Shown in pieces: positions 50,066 through 63,612 of a stretch of DNA of 64,000 bases. The notes beneath the pieces were generated by a model. The model ran no database searches and was not told the origin of the DNA. It was given only the letters and a program-made list of their open reading frames with translations. Source of the stretch: Octopus sinensis (taxonomy: Eukaryota); assembly GCF_006345805.1 (NCBI RefSeq), contig NC_042999.1, positions 167,958,001 through 168,022,000 on the forward strand, read 5' to 3'. The number at the start of each line of letters is the position of its first letter. Within the stretch, counting starts at the first letter, position 1. A program made the position numbers and the translations under genes.

Positions 50066-51914
50066 GTAAGTATTTAATAAACCAATTTTCTTATTTTACA
50101 TTTGTTGTATAATTATTTTGAATATCAAAATAATGAAAAAATTTTCATAGTTTTGTGTAACACATCTTGTTAAATATTTTTTCCTCCAATTTCTATGGTT
50201 TTGATCATAAATGTTTTAGATAACACCTTAGAATTTATGCTATAGAGCTTTTAAGGTATATACATACCATTTTTAGGTAATCGTAATATAGTATTTAAGT
50301 CTACTCATATATCTTAATAATCATTTCTATGACTTTCTTTTCTCATTATCTTTTGTACCATTTTACTTTTTATCTCAATTCCTGTTTAATATCTCCATGG
50401 TACACAACATTTTTAATATTTTGTAAAAAAATTTTAAACTTTTTCCATGATTATATATCAATTTCTGTAATCATTTTAGGGTAACTTTTTTCAAACATTT
50501 TTCAATTGAAAATAATAATAAATGAGGATTAGAAAAGAAGGATCAAAAGAGGAGACTGGTAATTTGTTAATTAAAAGCATGTAATAAATTAAGAAGAGAT
50601 AATCCAATTAGTGTGTGTACATGAGGTGCAAGTTCATACATTCAGCTTAATTGTAAGATTTTGTAAGAACTCATCCACTTTAGAAATCTTAGAATGATGA
50701 AAATGGATTTAGATTATATGGTTGGGTGCATAAACCAGTGGGAACAAGTAACTATGTATATATGCTTACTCATCATAAAGTTTTTTGTTTAATTAATATT
50801 TGAGTATAAATCTATTATAAACTAATATGAATTTTAATATATGTATATTTTTCTATATCTGAAAATTATTTTAAACTAAGAGAATCTGAATTCAACAATG
50901 AATTAAATTTCAAATTCTAACTATTAGTATCAACAACACTAAAATTGCAATAAAAGCTGTGAAAAATTTCTTACTTTGGTCTGGCATTCACAAAGGGTAA
51001 TAGCACCTTCTTCTCACAGATCACATTTCATCAAAATGAAATTATTAAATAAATGAAGTTTTTGAAATGTTTCATATTCGTTTTTATAAACACATATTAG
51101 AGTAACATTAAAATTCAATGGGAAAACAGCATGCCTCAAAGTATCTCATTTCAGTGTATTTATTTACAGTCACATTAATTCATTTTACAGAAATAATCAG
51201 TCCTTTGACATAACATAATCAAAACTATAAAACAATTTTAAGACTTTGAAATTGGTGTAAAACTTTTGCTGTGTCATTTGATAGCTTGACCTATATTTCT
51301 AAATCTATACATCTTGGATAGAGCTAGACTGCTACCAACACAGTTGAGACACATCTAATTTCTTCTTATTAGATTTATCAGTTGATTTCTCTAACAATTT
51401 ACCACCCAGGGAAATAATATTTATACTACTATTTTTCTGTTCAAAGTATTTTCTTGTAACTTACAAGAGAATCAAATTAGAATGGTAAGATGGGGTGCAA
51501 TCACATTTCAGCTTTTCAGCTCCTGGAGAGAATTATCGTAACACAGGAGTTCAGTGTTGTTTAAGCAATTTCATTAATTATCCTTTAATCTTTTTTTGGT
51601 CTTTTATATGACCCTTCATTCTGTTATATTATGGATTCAATTGTCAGTGTATAGAATCATGTTACATATCGATACAAGTAAAGCCATGAAAACAGAAGAA
51701 AATATTAACAACACTAATTAAAATACCTCTTGACTGATATTTCTCAAAAGTCGGGCTAATATATAATAGCAGTATTCAGCCTTTTGACTTGGGATTAAGG
51801 ACAACGAAATCTAACCATTGTTCTTACTGATGAAAGTATCTACCATTTTATTGTAGTGTAGAAAGGACAAAGACGCAAAATAATATGAAAAGGGATGAGT
51901 GGGTGTGCAGGAGG

Positions 51915-53540
51915 CATAGTGCACTGAAATCCATTGTAAGAACCCCATCATAGAACTTCTCAAACACAGTGGGTACTTTCTTCTAAGCCAACTTTCTCTA
52001 TTCTTCCAATTCTGTCTTGACAATGGTGTTACTCCAGAACAGTGGAAAACTGCCAGTGTCATCCCTCTGTTCAAAAAAGGCGACCGCACATCGCCTGTCA
52101 ACTATCGCCCCGTCAGTCTTACTAGCTGCATCGCCAAACTGATGGAATCCTGTGTCAGAGAAACCCTCTGGAACTTCTGGAAGTCTCACAGCCTCATCCA
52201 GCCGTCACAATTCGGATTTATTCCTAACTCCAGCTGCTGTAATCAACTCATCGAGTTTCTTGAGGATGTTACCCAAATCACTGATCGCGGATCCTGGGTG
52301 GATGTTGTTTACCTGGACTTTGCTAAGGCTTTTAACTCTGTGCCACACAAAAGACTTATGGTGAGGCTTTCTGCGTTGGGTGTAAGAGACGAACTCTATA
52401 ACTGGTTGAAGTCCTTTATTTTCAGCCGAAAAGAGGTTGTCACAGTTCTAGGACAGCACTCTTCGCCCTATGAGATGACATCTGGTGTACCACAGGGATC
52501 TGTTCTTGGCCCCCTTTTATTTGTTGCATATGTTAATGACATAGATGCCAACTTAAAGTATGCCACAGTGCTGAAATATGCAGATGACATCAAGCTGTGC
52601 CTCGAAATCCTGTACACTATAGATCTCTATTGCAAGCAGACCTGGACACAATGCAGCAGTGGATCATGGACTGGCAACTCAAGCTGGCTGTGAACAAATG
52701 TACCACCATGCATTTTAGGAGGAGAAACCCAGCGTCCACCTATTCCCTCCACAACACTAGTCTCAAAAAGTCTTCATGTGAACGTGACCTGGGTGTTATT
52801 GTCGACAGTGATTTGCGTTGGACAAAACACATCGCTAAAATTGTCAAGAAGGCTGAGGGTGTCTTGGCATCACTCACCAAATCCTTTGTAAGCCGCTCTC
52901 CGGCTATCTATCTGCGGCTTTATATAGCTATGGTAAGACCTCACCTGGAATTTGCATCACCGGTCTGGAACCCCTATCTTGCCCAGGATATCAATCGTCT
53001 GGAAGCTGTTCAGCGACGTGCAACCAAAAGAATACTCTCCATCAGGCATTTGCCATATCCTGAACGCCTTACTTCCCTGGGCATGGACACATTGAAACTC
53101 CGACGTCTGGCAGCTGACTTGGCAGACACCCATAAAATTATCAACCATCGTACAAACAATAACTCTGAGCACCTTTTCAAACTCTACCCATCTAACACCC
53201 ATGGACATATTTACAAAGTCAGAAAACAGCACAGCTCCCATGACTTCAGGAAACATTTTTTCACGCTGAGAGTTGCTGAAGCATGGAACAAACTGCCGGC
53301 ATCAGTTGTTAGTTGTCGGAGCACTGCATCCTTCAAAACTTCCATGCTTCCTGAGATTCGCCAACACTACACTTGATTTTCTCCCCTCCATACACACACA
53401 AGCATGTATCTGACTCATACATTGTTCGCTTTCCAGACATTTCTACATTACTGCATGTACTTTATATGCACTTTCTGACAAGTTGTGGTGCACCTGAGCA
53501 CTGTATACAATAATTTCATTATTATTATTATTATTATTAT
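51915..53540 (+). mobile_element. CR1-clade LINE, 5'-truncated, RT region with a frameshift near 52600
   Basis: WKTASVIPLFKKG..NYRPVSLT, QFGF, VYLDFAKAFNSV, SGVPQGSVLGPLLF, KYADDIKL, VRPHLEF..W.P, LKLRRL, FFTLRVAEAWNKLP; (ATT)n tail. Confidence 0.94.
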
Positions 53541-53904
53541 AATAATTCTTTTGCAAACCTTCCAGTATCAGTGCTTTCTGCAGTAAATAAATAGATAAAA
53601 TGACAAACTTAGGAACTTAGGAAGGATGGAGGGTAGAGACATTAGTTTTGGACAAAATACCTTGTGTTGGTTGGTTTATCCGGATCTGAGTGCAAATTCC
53701 AGTCTAGTCAATTTTGCCTTTTGATTTTCATCCTTCAGAAAGTTGATAAAATAAGTAGCAGACTATAAATAGTGGGTTAGTAATTATACCTTTGATGGTG
53801 ATGTTCCAGCCTGATTACAGTCCAATTAACAACCATTCTCTAATCTCTGCATCTTTGTATTATCATTTGTTTACAAAATATTTCATTCTCATTTTGTCAC
53901 TTGT

Positions 53905-54328
53905 TCCCTCTCTTATATAGTCATCTTTATTTTTTAACTGTTTGATAAATAGTTAGAGCACATGATGAAGATCCACCAAATTATATATAGGGTAAAGTGT
54001 AAAGACCCCGTTTCAGTCATAAATGACCATGGGATTGTACCTAGGAAGTTCCCCTCCAAGGCGCAAGTCCAAGCAAGATTGTTTATGGAAGACCAGCAGT
54101 CACCCATGCAATTTTGGTCTCCCATTTCCTCACCATGGATGTTGTCCAAAGGAAAGACAAAGGGGCCGATACAGCTTGGCACCAGTGATGTTGCAACACA
54201 TTTTTACAGCTGAGGCAACATGAAATAAAGTGTCCTGCTCAGGAACACAACATTGAGCCCATTCTAGGAATCAAACTCACAACTTCACGATTGTAAGTCA
54301 GATGCCCTAACCACTGAGCCATATGCCT
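53905..54328 (-). mobile_element. SINE family B variant
   Basis: Head and tgaaataaagtgtcctgctcaaggaacac central box as at 22533, with a different 3' body. Confidence 0.6.
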
Positions 54329-54335
54329 TAGCATA

Positions 54336-54545
54336 TCTCTTTTACTCTTTTACTTGTTTCAGTCATTTGACTGCGGCCATGCTGGAGCACCGCCTTTAGT
54401 CGAGCAAATCGACCCCGGGACTTATTCTTTGTAAGCCCAGTACTTATTCTATCGGTCTCTTTTGCCGAACCGCTAAGTAACGGGGATGTAAACACACCAG
54501 CATCGGTTGTCAAGCAATGCTAGGGGGACAAACACAGACACACAA

Positions 54546-54584
<39 letters not shown>

Positions 54585-54744
54585 CGACGGGCTTCTTTCA
54601 GTTTTCCGTCTACCAAATCCACTCACAAGGCATTGGTCGGCCCGGGGCTATAGCAGAAGGCACTTGCCCAAGATGCCACGCAGTGGGACTGAACCCGGAA
54701 CCATGTGGCTGGTAAGCAAGCTACTTACCACACAGCCACTCCTG
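54336..54744 (-). mobile_element. SINE family A, young
   Basis: Full-length consensus match. Confidence 0.88.
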
Positions 54745-56149
54745 TATATAAAAATCAATGTATACAGTATTCTAAATCCATTACAGACAATGATACCAAT
54801 TGGTTTTGTACAGGATATATAAACAAACCTTTTATATATTTAGATCTGTACAAAGCAAAGATTCTTCAACAGAATAAATAACTGTAGAGTCTAGTCATGT
54901 TATACCTTAATCATAAACATTGTTGAAATTAGTCTGCAGTCAATAAGTTAATTAGTTAGTTAGAGTATAGGGGTAATGCCTATGACTTTAGCGGGTCCTT
55001 CTGGTCTGTTGATGTTCAGTTTGAACATACTTACAGGTCAATACATTCAAGAAAAAATGTGGTTGGAGTTGTTAATATCAAATGGGTTAAAGACATAGAA
55101 AATTATGGCTATTGGTAAGAATGATAGGCAATAGAGAGACAACTGAATCAGGTATGCCTTGGTAAAAAGGTTTGTAGTCTACTACACCAGAAGAATAGAA
55201 ACCATTATAGTAGCAATACAGTTATTTCTAGTAAAAAATATATAATAGAAAAAAAATCAAAGCTCACCAATAAAATTCCTTGGTGACAAAACTTCTAAAA
55301 ATTACTGGGTTGATAACAGTGGTTATCATATTAGTTTCTATGGTTATTATAGAGAGTTTTTATGTTTTTTGGCTTTTCTGGTGGAAATAGTTTTATCACT
55401 GACACTAGCTAGCTTGTATAACGTCTTCACTAAACCACATTTGATGAAAATCACCTTAAATGAAGATGATTTTTATATTTCCCTCACAAGTATATCAACA
55501 GTTCATTGGTCTAAAATACATCTTAATTCTACAATTAATCTTATTTTGCAGTAACTGATTGCTGATTTTACTTTAAAAGTTAAGGCTCACATTATTTTCA
55601 GATTATTTTTTTACTTTTTTAAGTAGTCATTAAGTGTTGAAATCAGAAATGTAGAAGCTATTTAAAGCAATTTAACCATTTCTTAGTAAAATGCATTTTA
55701 TTTCATCATCTTTGCCTTATCTCAGAAAGCCTGAAATTCTCTCCCAAATTTTACTTTCTTGATTACAATTTATAAAGATATCCTACAATAGTTTCAGTAG
55801 AAAGTGTTTGTAATTCATATTTCAGTCAAAGTTTATTTAAAGATAATTATAACTCTATGTTATATTCCTCTTGTTAGAGAGTACCAGCCATAGTCCCTGT
55901 AGACCCAGTGTGATAAGCTAAATTATTCTCATTATCTGATTCTCTATCTTAAATACCTTTTATCTTTTAAGACAACAGGAAGTCTCACCTGTTTCGCTTT
56001 CTTTGTTAATAAGCAGCTTGACCCAGCCTCTTGTTGTAATCTTTTCTTTTTTCTTAGTTTCTTTTTACTGCTTGCATTCTTCTAGTCTCATTAATTTTTT
56101 TACTCCACCTCCCCATACTGATTGAAGGTTAATGACATATACATAGGTA

Positions 56150-56181
<32 letters not shown>

Positions 56182-58219
56182 AATCTTTGTACAGGTGTAC
56201 AAACAACCAAGCTAATAAAAAAAATAGTACAAAAGTGTTTCCTGTGTTGTGTCAAACGATTATGTCACTAGCATTTTTTGATTTTTGCTTATTTTACTCT
56301 CCTACCACTTAGCAATACTATTGTTTCCCTTTAATGATTACCAAATGGCGGTGCCCCAGCATGGCCACAGCTCGTGAGCTGAAACTAGATAAAATAAAAT
56401 AAATACTATAGTCATCCTCTGTTCGTGCTTTTCTAATGTTTGGTTCTCTTGTTTCAAGATTTACTTAATTAAAATTGCAAAATGTTCTGTAAAAAGACAT
56501 TTTGAAGTTGTCAGTGTTTAACATAATTTAACTGTTACATCAGTAGAGAGTCACCACCCACTACTTCAATGTTGCCCATTTCTTACTTCAAATCTTGTCA
56601 ATGTATTTTAGCAGGATTGATAAAACATGTAGCAGTAATACCAGTAGATGGGATATTTTGCTCAGGAAAAAGATCCCTGCTTATAAGCAGCACTTTGTTT
56701 TCTTAGGAAGCTTCAAAGTAGTCAATCTACTTGTTAAAAGTAGCTGCTAAATCTCCATTTGCATTTCGGCAATTTCAACCAATCAATGACGTCTATTGAG
56801 GTGAAAGCATTCTGTGCCGTATGAAAATGTCCCTTGTTTAAAATAGATTGAAATGCAATAGATCAATACTAGGCTCATAATTATGGGTGACAATTTCATA
56901 TGACACCGCTAGAAAAAACTGCCATTTTCTCTAGAACAACAACATAAGAAAGTAGTCTTATTTTCTCAGACTTGCAGATTAATCTTTTTCATTTCCTTTG
57001 CATTCCATTTCATAAAAATCAATGATCTTACAAATGCTAAAAGTCTCGAAATTCTTTAATAAGACACTAGATAACTAATTATCTTATCATGTAATTTGCT
57101 TCATGTTACGTTCGTGCTTCTTTGAAGAACAGCAACGATTTGAGCCTTAAAAAGTTCTTAACTAAAACGAAACCAAAAGACGGCCGTAATGTCCTGACAA
57201 TTGCCTGGACAATTTGGGCTGGATATGATTAATTTAAATGCTAAAGGGTTAGTAAATTTTTAAATTTATAAAGGGCAGGGATGGATAGATTTACTATAAA
57301 ATATGCTATAATATGTTCAAGAGAGCTATAAGTAATTCCCTTTAGTTTCTCTTTGGATTTTGGTTATGTGGGGCCTGAGTGATAACATATATTTCTTCTA
57401 GACTTCACCTTAACTGCCTAAAGATTTTCAAGAATCCAAATAGTTGTTATTTTGTTACAATATTCAGACATTGTTACTGAGCAGCAGAAACCATTTTAAC
57501 CCTTTATGATAAAAAAAAACAGAAGTAACCTGACAAATAAATAATATATGCTGAAGATTTAATTAACTTTACTGAGTAGAAATTAGAATTTCTGTACAAA
57601 TTTAGTGAAATAATTTCAACACATTATTGGGATAATTACCCTACACCACAGTTTGAGTGCAGCCAAAAACATGTTCTTAGCCATTCCTGTTTCTATGTAA
57701 TGAATCATTGTAGGGGGTCATATAAATTTTTTTGATGAACTGAAATTGGTGATGTTAGCTTCTTACGTCTCCAAGGTCAACTTCGACTTTCCTACTTTCA
57801 AAATCGATAAAATATACCAGTTATATACTGAAGTTGATTTAATCTACTGCCGATCTGTACGATGATGCAATAAGTTATCATGGTATATAGTAAAACTTGA
57901 ATTTCCTGTTCAAACGTGTCACCCTAACAACAGGTACAATGAACCATCATATCAATATTAATTATATTAACAATATATTACTGTCATTATAACTGAATAA
58001 ATAAAAAAAATATAAACTAAACTAATCTTGAATTTAGTACTGATAAAACGATATACTATAAAATATGTTCAAATTGGTTTTAATTCAAGAGAGATTAGCA
58101 GTAATTCATTTCGCCGCCTTCGACCAGTTTTCAAAACCAATAAAAAGTTATTGAATGTTTTCATTTCTGTAAAAGTTATCTCCCGTGGATAACACTATTT
58201 CACTTCTGACAATTGTCGT

Positions 58220-58287
58220 TTTGACAGCAAATTATTGGTGAACTAGTTTTGGTACCAAAACTAGTTCACCAATAATTTGCTGTCAAA
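58220..58287. repeat. Perfect 68-bp palindrome with no spacer
   Basis: tttgacagcaaattattggtgaactagttttggt|accaaaactagttcaccaataatttgctgtcaaa. Confidence 0.95.
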
Positions 58288-58732
58288 TTTGCTGTATTGT
58301 AAATTTTTGTATTGGTTTCTTCAGACAAACCATAAAGGCCATATATTTTTGGGAAGTATTAACATTCATGCATTTCTTAAGGGTGTAATGAAGTGAATTG
58401 TCCACAATAGATAAGTCAGCTCAGCATTTTTCACCTTATAAACATAATTTGCTGAAAAGAACATATTCATAGAACCCTTTGATTAATAATGTTTATAATC
58501 TAAATTTCTGTCAATTTGGAGTATGTTTGACCCTTTAGCATTCAGATTACTCAGTCAAATGTAATACTTATTTAGTCACTTAGTTTTGTATCTCATTGCT
58601 TTGAGATTTCAAGCTTCATTCAGTTCACACAGCAATAAATACTAAAGAATTATATGACACTACAATGACTGAATCAATCTTCCTTGTCTTATCCTTAACC
58701 ATTTTCTAAACTTCTGGTTGCCAAGTCAGAAA

Positions 58733-59108
58733 TCTTTATATATAAAAGTGAAGTGGTGTGTCTGTCTCCTACGATTTAGATTCCTTACTCCCACATTTTG
58801 CAGTGCAGTTTAACCAAAACCAGGTATCGAGCCCTTCTGGGTATTAGCACGCATCTACAAGGAGTCTACGATTTTAAAAATAATTTACCATCATTTTTTT
58901 TCCATTTTTAATGCATTTTTTTTGCTATTATATAAGGGAAGTAACTCTCTAAAAATGTCTACGATGAGTCGATTTAAAAAAAAATTTACCATAATTTTTT
59001 TTCCATTTTTAATGCATTTTTTTTGCTATTTTTTGGCTATAACTCTCTAAAAATGCTTATATAGTTATTTCCCTTACAAACCCGAGCAACGCCGGGCGAT
59101 ACTGCTAG
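58733..59108 (+). mobile_element. Non-autonomous Helitron (same family as 4245)
   Basis: A|TC ... cccgagcaacgccggg ... CTAG|T; inserted between A and T with no TSD. Confidence 0.82.
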
Positions 59109-59449
59109 TGATGGATATAAATGTCCAGATAAGTTTTGTCTCTTCTTACAGAAAGAGTAGCCATTTATGTTTAAAGACTATTAAGTTTTGTCTTTTTTGC
59201 TTGAGAAAAATTGCCTTAGATGGAAATGATGAACTTTATATAGACATCCATTTCCAATTTCAAATATTCTAGTTGTTATTGTTCACTTCATACATTTTTT
59301 TTATTAGTTAAGTTCCATTGTTACATTATGTCTATTAATGGGGGATTTCCTAACAGCACCAATTCTACTTTTTAGATTTGTACATCTTTTTTCCCCTTTT
59401 ATTTTTAATTCTTTTATATTGTTTCCTCTAATCTTACTTTTTTTTTCAG

Positions 59450-59579
59450 AAATGGTCGAAGGAAAAGCAACTTGCCATCTGAATATGGTAGTTTTATTCA
59501 GGCCAGTTCCAAGGGGGATACATACTGTCATATTCCTTCTGATGACTTTACCCAACCTGATCTATATTTATCATCATTG
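59450..59579 (+). CDS. First cytoplasmic-tail exon
   Basis: Long U tract ttttttttttcag|a aat; phase 2 completes Lys. Encodes NGRRKSNLPSEYGSFIQASSKGDTYCHIPSDDFTQPDLYLSSL, with basic residues right after the TM. Donor ttg|gtacgg. Overlaps track ORF 59472..59720. Confidence 0.75.
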
Positions 59580-59886
59580 GTACGGATAAATTTGATATTG
59601 TTTGCCTCACATGTTGTCGGTATAAAACCTTTCCTACATAGAGGAGTAAGTAATACAAAATGGTACCATCACTCAAATTTGCTTTCAGATTTTACTTATG
59701 TATTTCAAACATCTACTTAATACTATATTGCAACAGTCCTTACTAAAGTCTGCAAAGGAGACACCTAACAAACATTAACTCACATTTCAAGATCCTTCAT
59801 TTAGAAAAAAACTGGGGATAATTGCTATCGTGTCTGTTGCTGTTCTCTCGGTTGGAAAGCTTTGTCGAGATTGTCTTCTCATAAAA

Positions 59887-60944
59887 TCATCATCATCATT
59901 TAACATCCACTTTCCATGTTGGCATGGGTTGGATGGTTTGACTGAGGACTGGTGTGGCAGAGGCTGCACCAGACTCAATTTGATCTGGCAAAGTTTCTAC
60001 AGTTGGATGCCCTTCCTAACGCCAACCACTCCGAGAGTGTAGTGGGTGCTTTTTACATGCCACCAGCACAAGGGCCAGTCAGGTGGTTCGGACAATGATC
60101 ACGCTCCAAAGGTGTTTTTAAGCACTACCTGCCAGTCCGGCAGCACTGGCAACGACCACGCTCGAATGTTGTTTTTCATGTGCCACTGGCACATGTGCTG
60201 GTAAGGCGCTGCTGGCAATGATCACGCCCAAATGATGCTTTTCATGTGTCACCAACATGGGAGCCCTGGCAACGATCACACTTGGATATGCTTCTTTTAA
60301 CGTTCCACTGGTACGAGCGCCAATCAGGCAATACCCACTGGCACGAGTGCCAATCAGGCAATACTGTCATCAACCACATCAGTGATTTTGATTTGTTTAC
60401 ACTTGCCTCAATAGGTCTTCGCAAGCAAAGTTCATTGTCTAATGAATGAGGGGTACTCATAGAGGGACTGGTTACACCCACTGGCATAGGCCATGGGCTA
60501 TGTTCTCACTTGGCTTGTTGGGTCTTCTCAAGCACAGCATATCTCCAAAGGTCTTGGTCACTAGTCATTGCCTAGGTGAGGCCCAATGTTCAAAGGTCAT
60601 GCTTCACCACCTCATCCCAGGTCTTCCTGGGTCTAGTCTACCTCTTCCACAGGTTCCCTCAACTGCTAGGGTGTGACACTTTTTCACACAGCTATCCTCA
60701 GCCATTCTCGCCACATGACCATACCAGCACAGTCGTCTCCATTGCACACCACATCTGATGCTTCTTAAATCCAACTTTTGTCTCACTGACATTACGCATC
60801 CAGCAGATCATGCTGGCTTCATTCCTTGCAAGCTTACGCATGTCCTCAGCAGTCACGGCCCATGTTTCACTGCTATGTAGCATGGCTGTTCACATACATG
60901 CGTCATACGGTCTACCTTTTACTCTGAGCGAGAGGCCCTTTGCC
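59887..60944 (-). mobile_element. RTE LINE 3' fragment related to the 13240 element
   Basis: RRLCWYGHVARM..CVKKCHTLAVEGTCGRGR and MLHSSETWAVTAEDMRKLARNEASM; same 3' UTR and (GAT)n tail. Confidence 0.9.
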
Positions 60945-61866
60945 ACCACACAGAATACTCTACCATTCTGTTTACAAAAAAGACTTTCCATAAATTTGAC
61001 TTCATAAGTAACTTGAAATCTGAAATTGGATGAAATCAAAGGTGATCTTACCTCTTCCCTAAATGTGTAGGCTTATACATTTGTCAGAAGTACTGTTGAC
61101 AGGTGGGGCCATGCTGGTGTACTATCAAATCATTATTCTTGTTATTATTGAAAATGTCAGCAGAGAGATTTACAGAATCATTATAGTGTCAGACAAAATG
61201 CTTTATAATATTTGGTTATGGCTCTTTACATTCTGAATTCAAATTCCACCAAGGTCAACTTTGCCATTCAACTTTCTAAGGTTGATAAAACAAAGTACCT
61301 GGGCTGATTTTAAGCAAATTAGACAGAATTTTTCAAATTGGACCTTGCACCAAGAGAGCGTTCCATACACAGGTTTGACTAGTAATAAAACATTAAAACT
61401 TTCATATGAGCTTTCAATTGTGACTAATGGTAGAGCCTCAAGCCCTCAACACTTTTCAGCTGGGATTGGCATACTACACAGAGCATAAAACCTCAATCTT
61501 TGCTTTTGTAGAGTCCCACTGTAGGGTCCCACTGACAATTCTCTAATTGGGCCCTGCACTTTCTAGCACCAGCCCTACAAAGTACCAGTTAAGCTGATTT
61601 AATTGACCAACCCCGTTCCCCCAAAGTTCTGGCCTTATACCATTGTTGTGAATAGCAGCAAAGGAATTCAAGAAAACTAAATCCACATCTCAGTTTTCAG
61701 ATTTAATAGGAGCCATATTATTTTTGTTGTAGCACTAATGCTTCTTGTGTCTAACATGATTGTCACAACTTCCCAGTTTATCAGGGATGTATTTCTAGCA
61801 ATATCCGTCTACATTCTCCATAGAAGAATTTGAACAAAGCACTTGTGAATTATACAGAACTCTTAA

Positions 61867-62091
61867 CCCTTTCGTTACCGTATTTATTTTGAGATGAAAC
61901 ACAGATGTTTCATTCAATTGTTTTAAATATAACAAAGAATTTAGTAAAATAACTTAGTTATCATTAAGCAAGTATTGGGAACATAAATTGTGACTAAGGT
62001 TTGGTGGAAGATTTTAATTCAAAACTTATGAAAACAAGACATTTGTACTACAGAGCCAGAGGCGGTTTTGGCCAGGTTGGTATCAAAAGGG
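61867..62091. mobile_element. piggyBac-type MITE, family 2 short form (225 bp)
   Basis: TTAA|ccctttcgttac ... ggtatcaaaaggg|TTAA. Confidence 0.85.
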
Positions 62092-63298
62092 TTAATGCTT
62101 ATTGTGGTGGAGTGTGTATCAAAGTCAGCAAGAGTTGTCTTTTACAAAGGCCTCAGTTGCAATGTTGCTTTCAAGAGACACTATAAATATTCCAGTCCCT
62201 AACTTTGTATGTAATAGCTTTTCTGTCTATAAAAATTAATTCCTAAAATATTGGTCAGACCCCGTACACTTACATTTAGATTCAGGTAACCTAAACAACT
62301 AATGCAGTTGTCAATGACAAAAGCAGTTATAAATTACATCATCTATCATTTGTGTTCTGCTTTATTATTTTTAATCAATGTATCTTTTTTATTTGTGTTT
62401 TTTGTTGTTGTTGTTAGGTTATTCTTTTATGAAGTATATTAATAAGAAAAATGTTCCAAATTATAGATTACTTTCCATGTAATTGTTTCATTTTGTTATT
62501 TTCTTTTCTTATAAATCCCACCCATGGTGTTGATGTTGTTGCTGTCTGTCATCTTTAGATATTGTCATGTGGTGTCATATATATTGCTTTTACTTGAGTC
62601 ACTTATCAATGCATTTATTTCAGTATCATTTGATACTTGTTTATATACATCTTAAAGGTTTATAAATAGTATTATAAAATGTATTTACCAAAATACTTCT
62701 TTCTTTTTCAGATATATTAAGCAAACATGTGTTTGTGTGTGTACATACACCTTTTCAGCTGGTCTGATTAAGTTGGTATTCTAATATGTAAACCAATACA
62801 TAGCTGCATGTTGTTTAGCTGGTTTCAAAAAACCAAACACTATGCTCTGCATGTTTGCATGAACTTGATCTTTGCATGAACACGTACTCTTGTTGAATCT
62901 CAAATGTGATAGAGATGAAAATGAGCAAATAAGTCTTCTCACTTATTCCTTCCTCATCTTTAATTTTTCTATCACTGGTTCAATATTTTCCACTTTATAT
63001 TGATTAAACTTAAAAGTCATGATCTTGAATGAAATGTGAATAGTTTATAAGGTCTAAAGTTTGATTTATTAAACAATTTTCACAGCTGAGTTTTAATCAA
63101 TACAGTAAAATTAATATATCCTTGTAAGTCTGCATTTACAATATTTCAGTATATTTCTGCAATATATTAGTAATGATGGTGACAATATATTGATAGTTAC
63201 ATATATAAAGATAAAGTTAAAGAAAAGAATAAGACAATGCAAAGCTTGTTGGTTGATGTCTCTGTTTTACAGTTTAGTTCATTTTTTACATTTTACAG

Positions 63299-63397
63299 AA
63301 CATGCAAAAAGATATTTCTTTCTATAACAAAAAAAAAGCTTATTTAATTAATTCTTTTCTTGAAAGTTCATTGGATTTTTCAGAGAATAGTACATAA
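63299..63397 (+). CDS. Possible terminal exon (NMQKDISFYNKKKAYLINSFLESSLDFSENST*)
   Basis: Strong acceptor ttttttacattttacag|; phase 0 matches the 59579 donor; open for 32 codons. No homology support. Confidence 0.2.
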   Translation, partial: NMQKDISFYNKKKAYLINSFLESSLDFSENST

Positions 63398-63612
63398 AAT
63401 TCCTTGAAAAGTCAGATGAACTTTGTTGGGAAATTTTAATGAGCGACAAAAAAATTTAATTGTTAAATTTTGTCATTTAAGAGTCAGAAGTTCTTCAATT
63501 TGTTTTAACGCTAATGACTAAAAATTAAACACCTTAGCCACCTCCAATGTACGTAACTGGATATTAGGTGTGTCATTTAATAAGAATTTTAGTGGTACCA
63601 AGAGTATCCCAT

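Larger units (their letters stand above)
18939..59579 (+). other. Multi-exon gene for a membrane-anchored EGF-family (neuregulin/EGFR-ligand-like) growth factor; 5' and 3' ends not resolved
   Basis: Five GT-AG exons with compatible phases (1-2, 2-1 or 2-1, 1-2, 2-0) give ..PSEKQCEDQHYCLNKGECWYRLPPLDEKYCK-[CPYQPVDDVSRCAIMEDIPN or CHIDYTGQRCETMLGDTVQGVR]-GQCHYLTSAVIAIGTLLAFFTLIMSIALIYFLCKCFK-NGRRKSNLPSEYGSF.. That is a 6-Cys EGF module, stalk, ~25-aa hydrophobic helix and basic stop-transfer. An intron between Cys4 and Cys5 is an established hallmark of ErbB-ligand EGF modules. Confidence 0.85.

Noticed and set aside
62418-62481. Alternative last exon after ttgttag| (VILL* in phase 0, or YSFMKYINKKNVPNYRLLSM* in phase 1)
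   Set aside because: The protein-like frame needs phase 1 but the upstream donor is phase 0; the phase-0 reading is only 4 codons.
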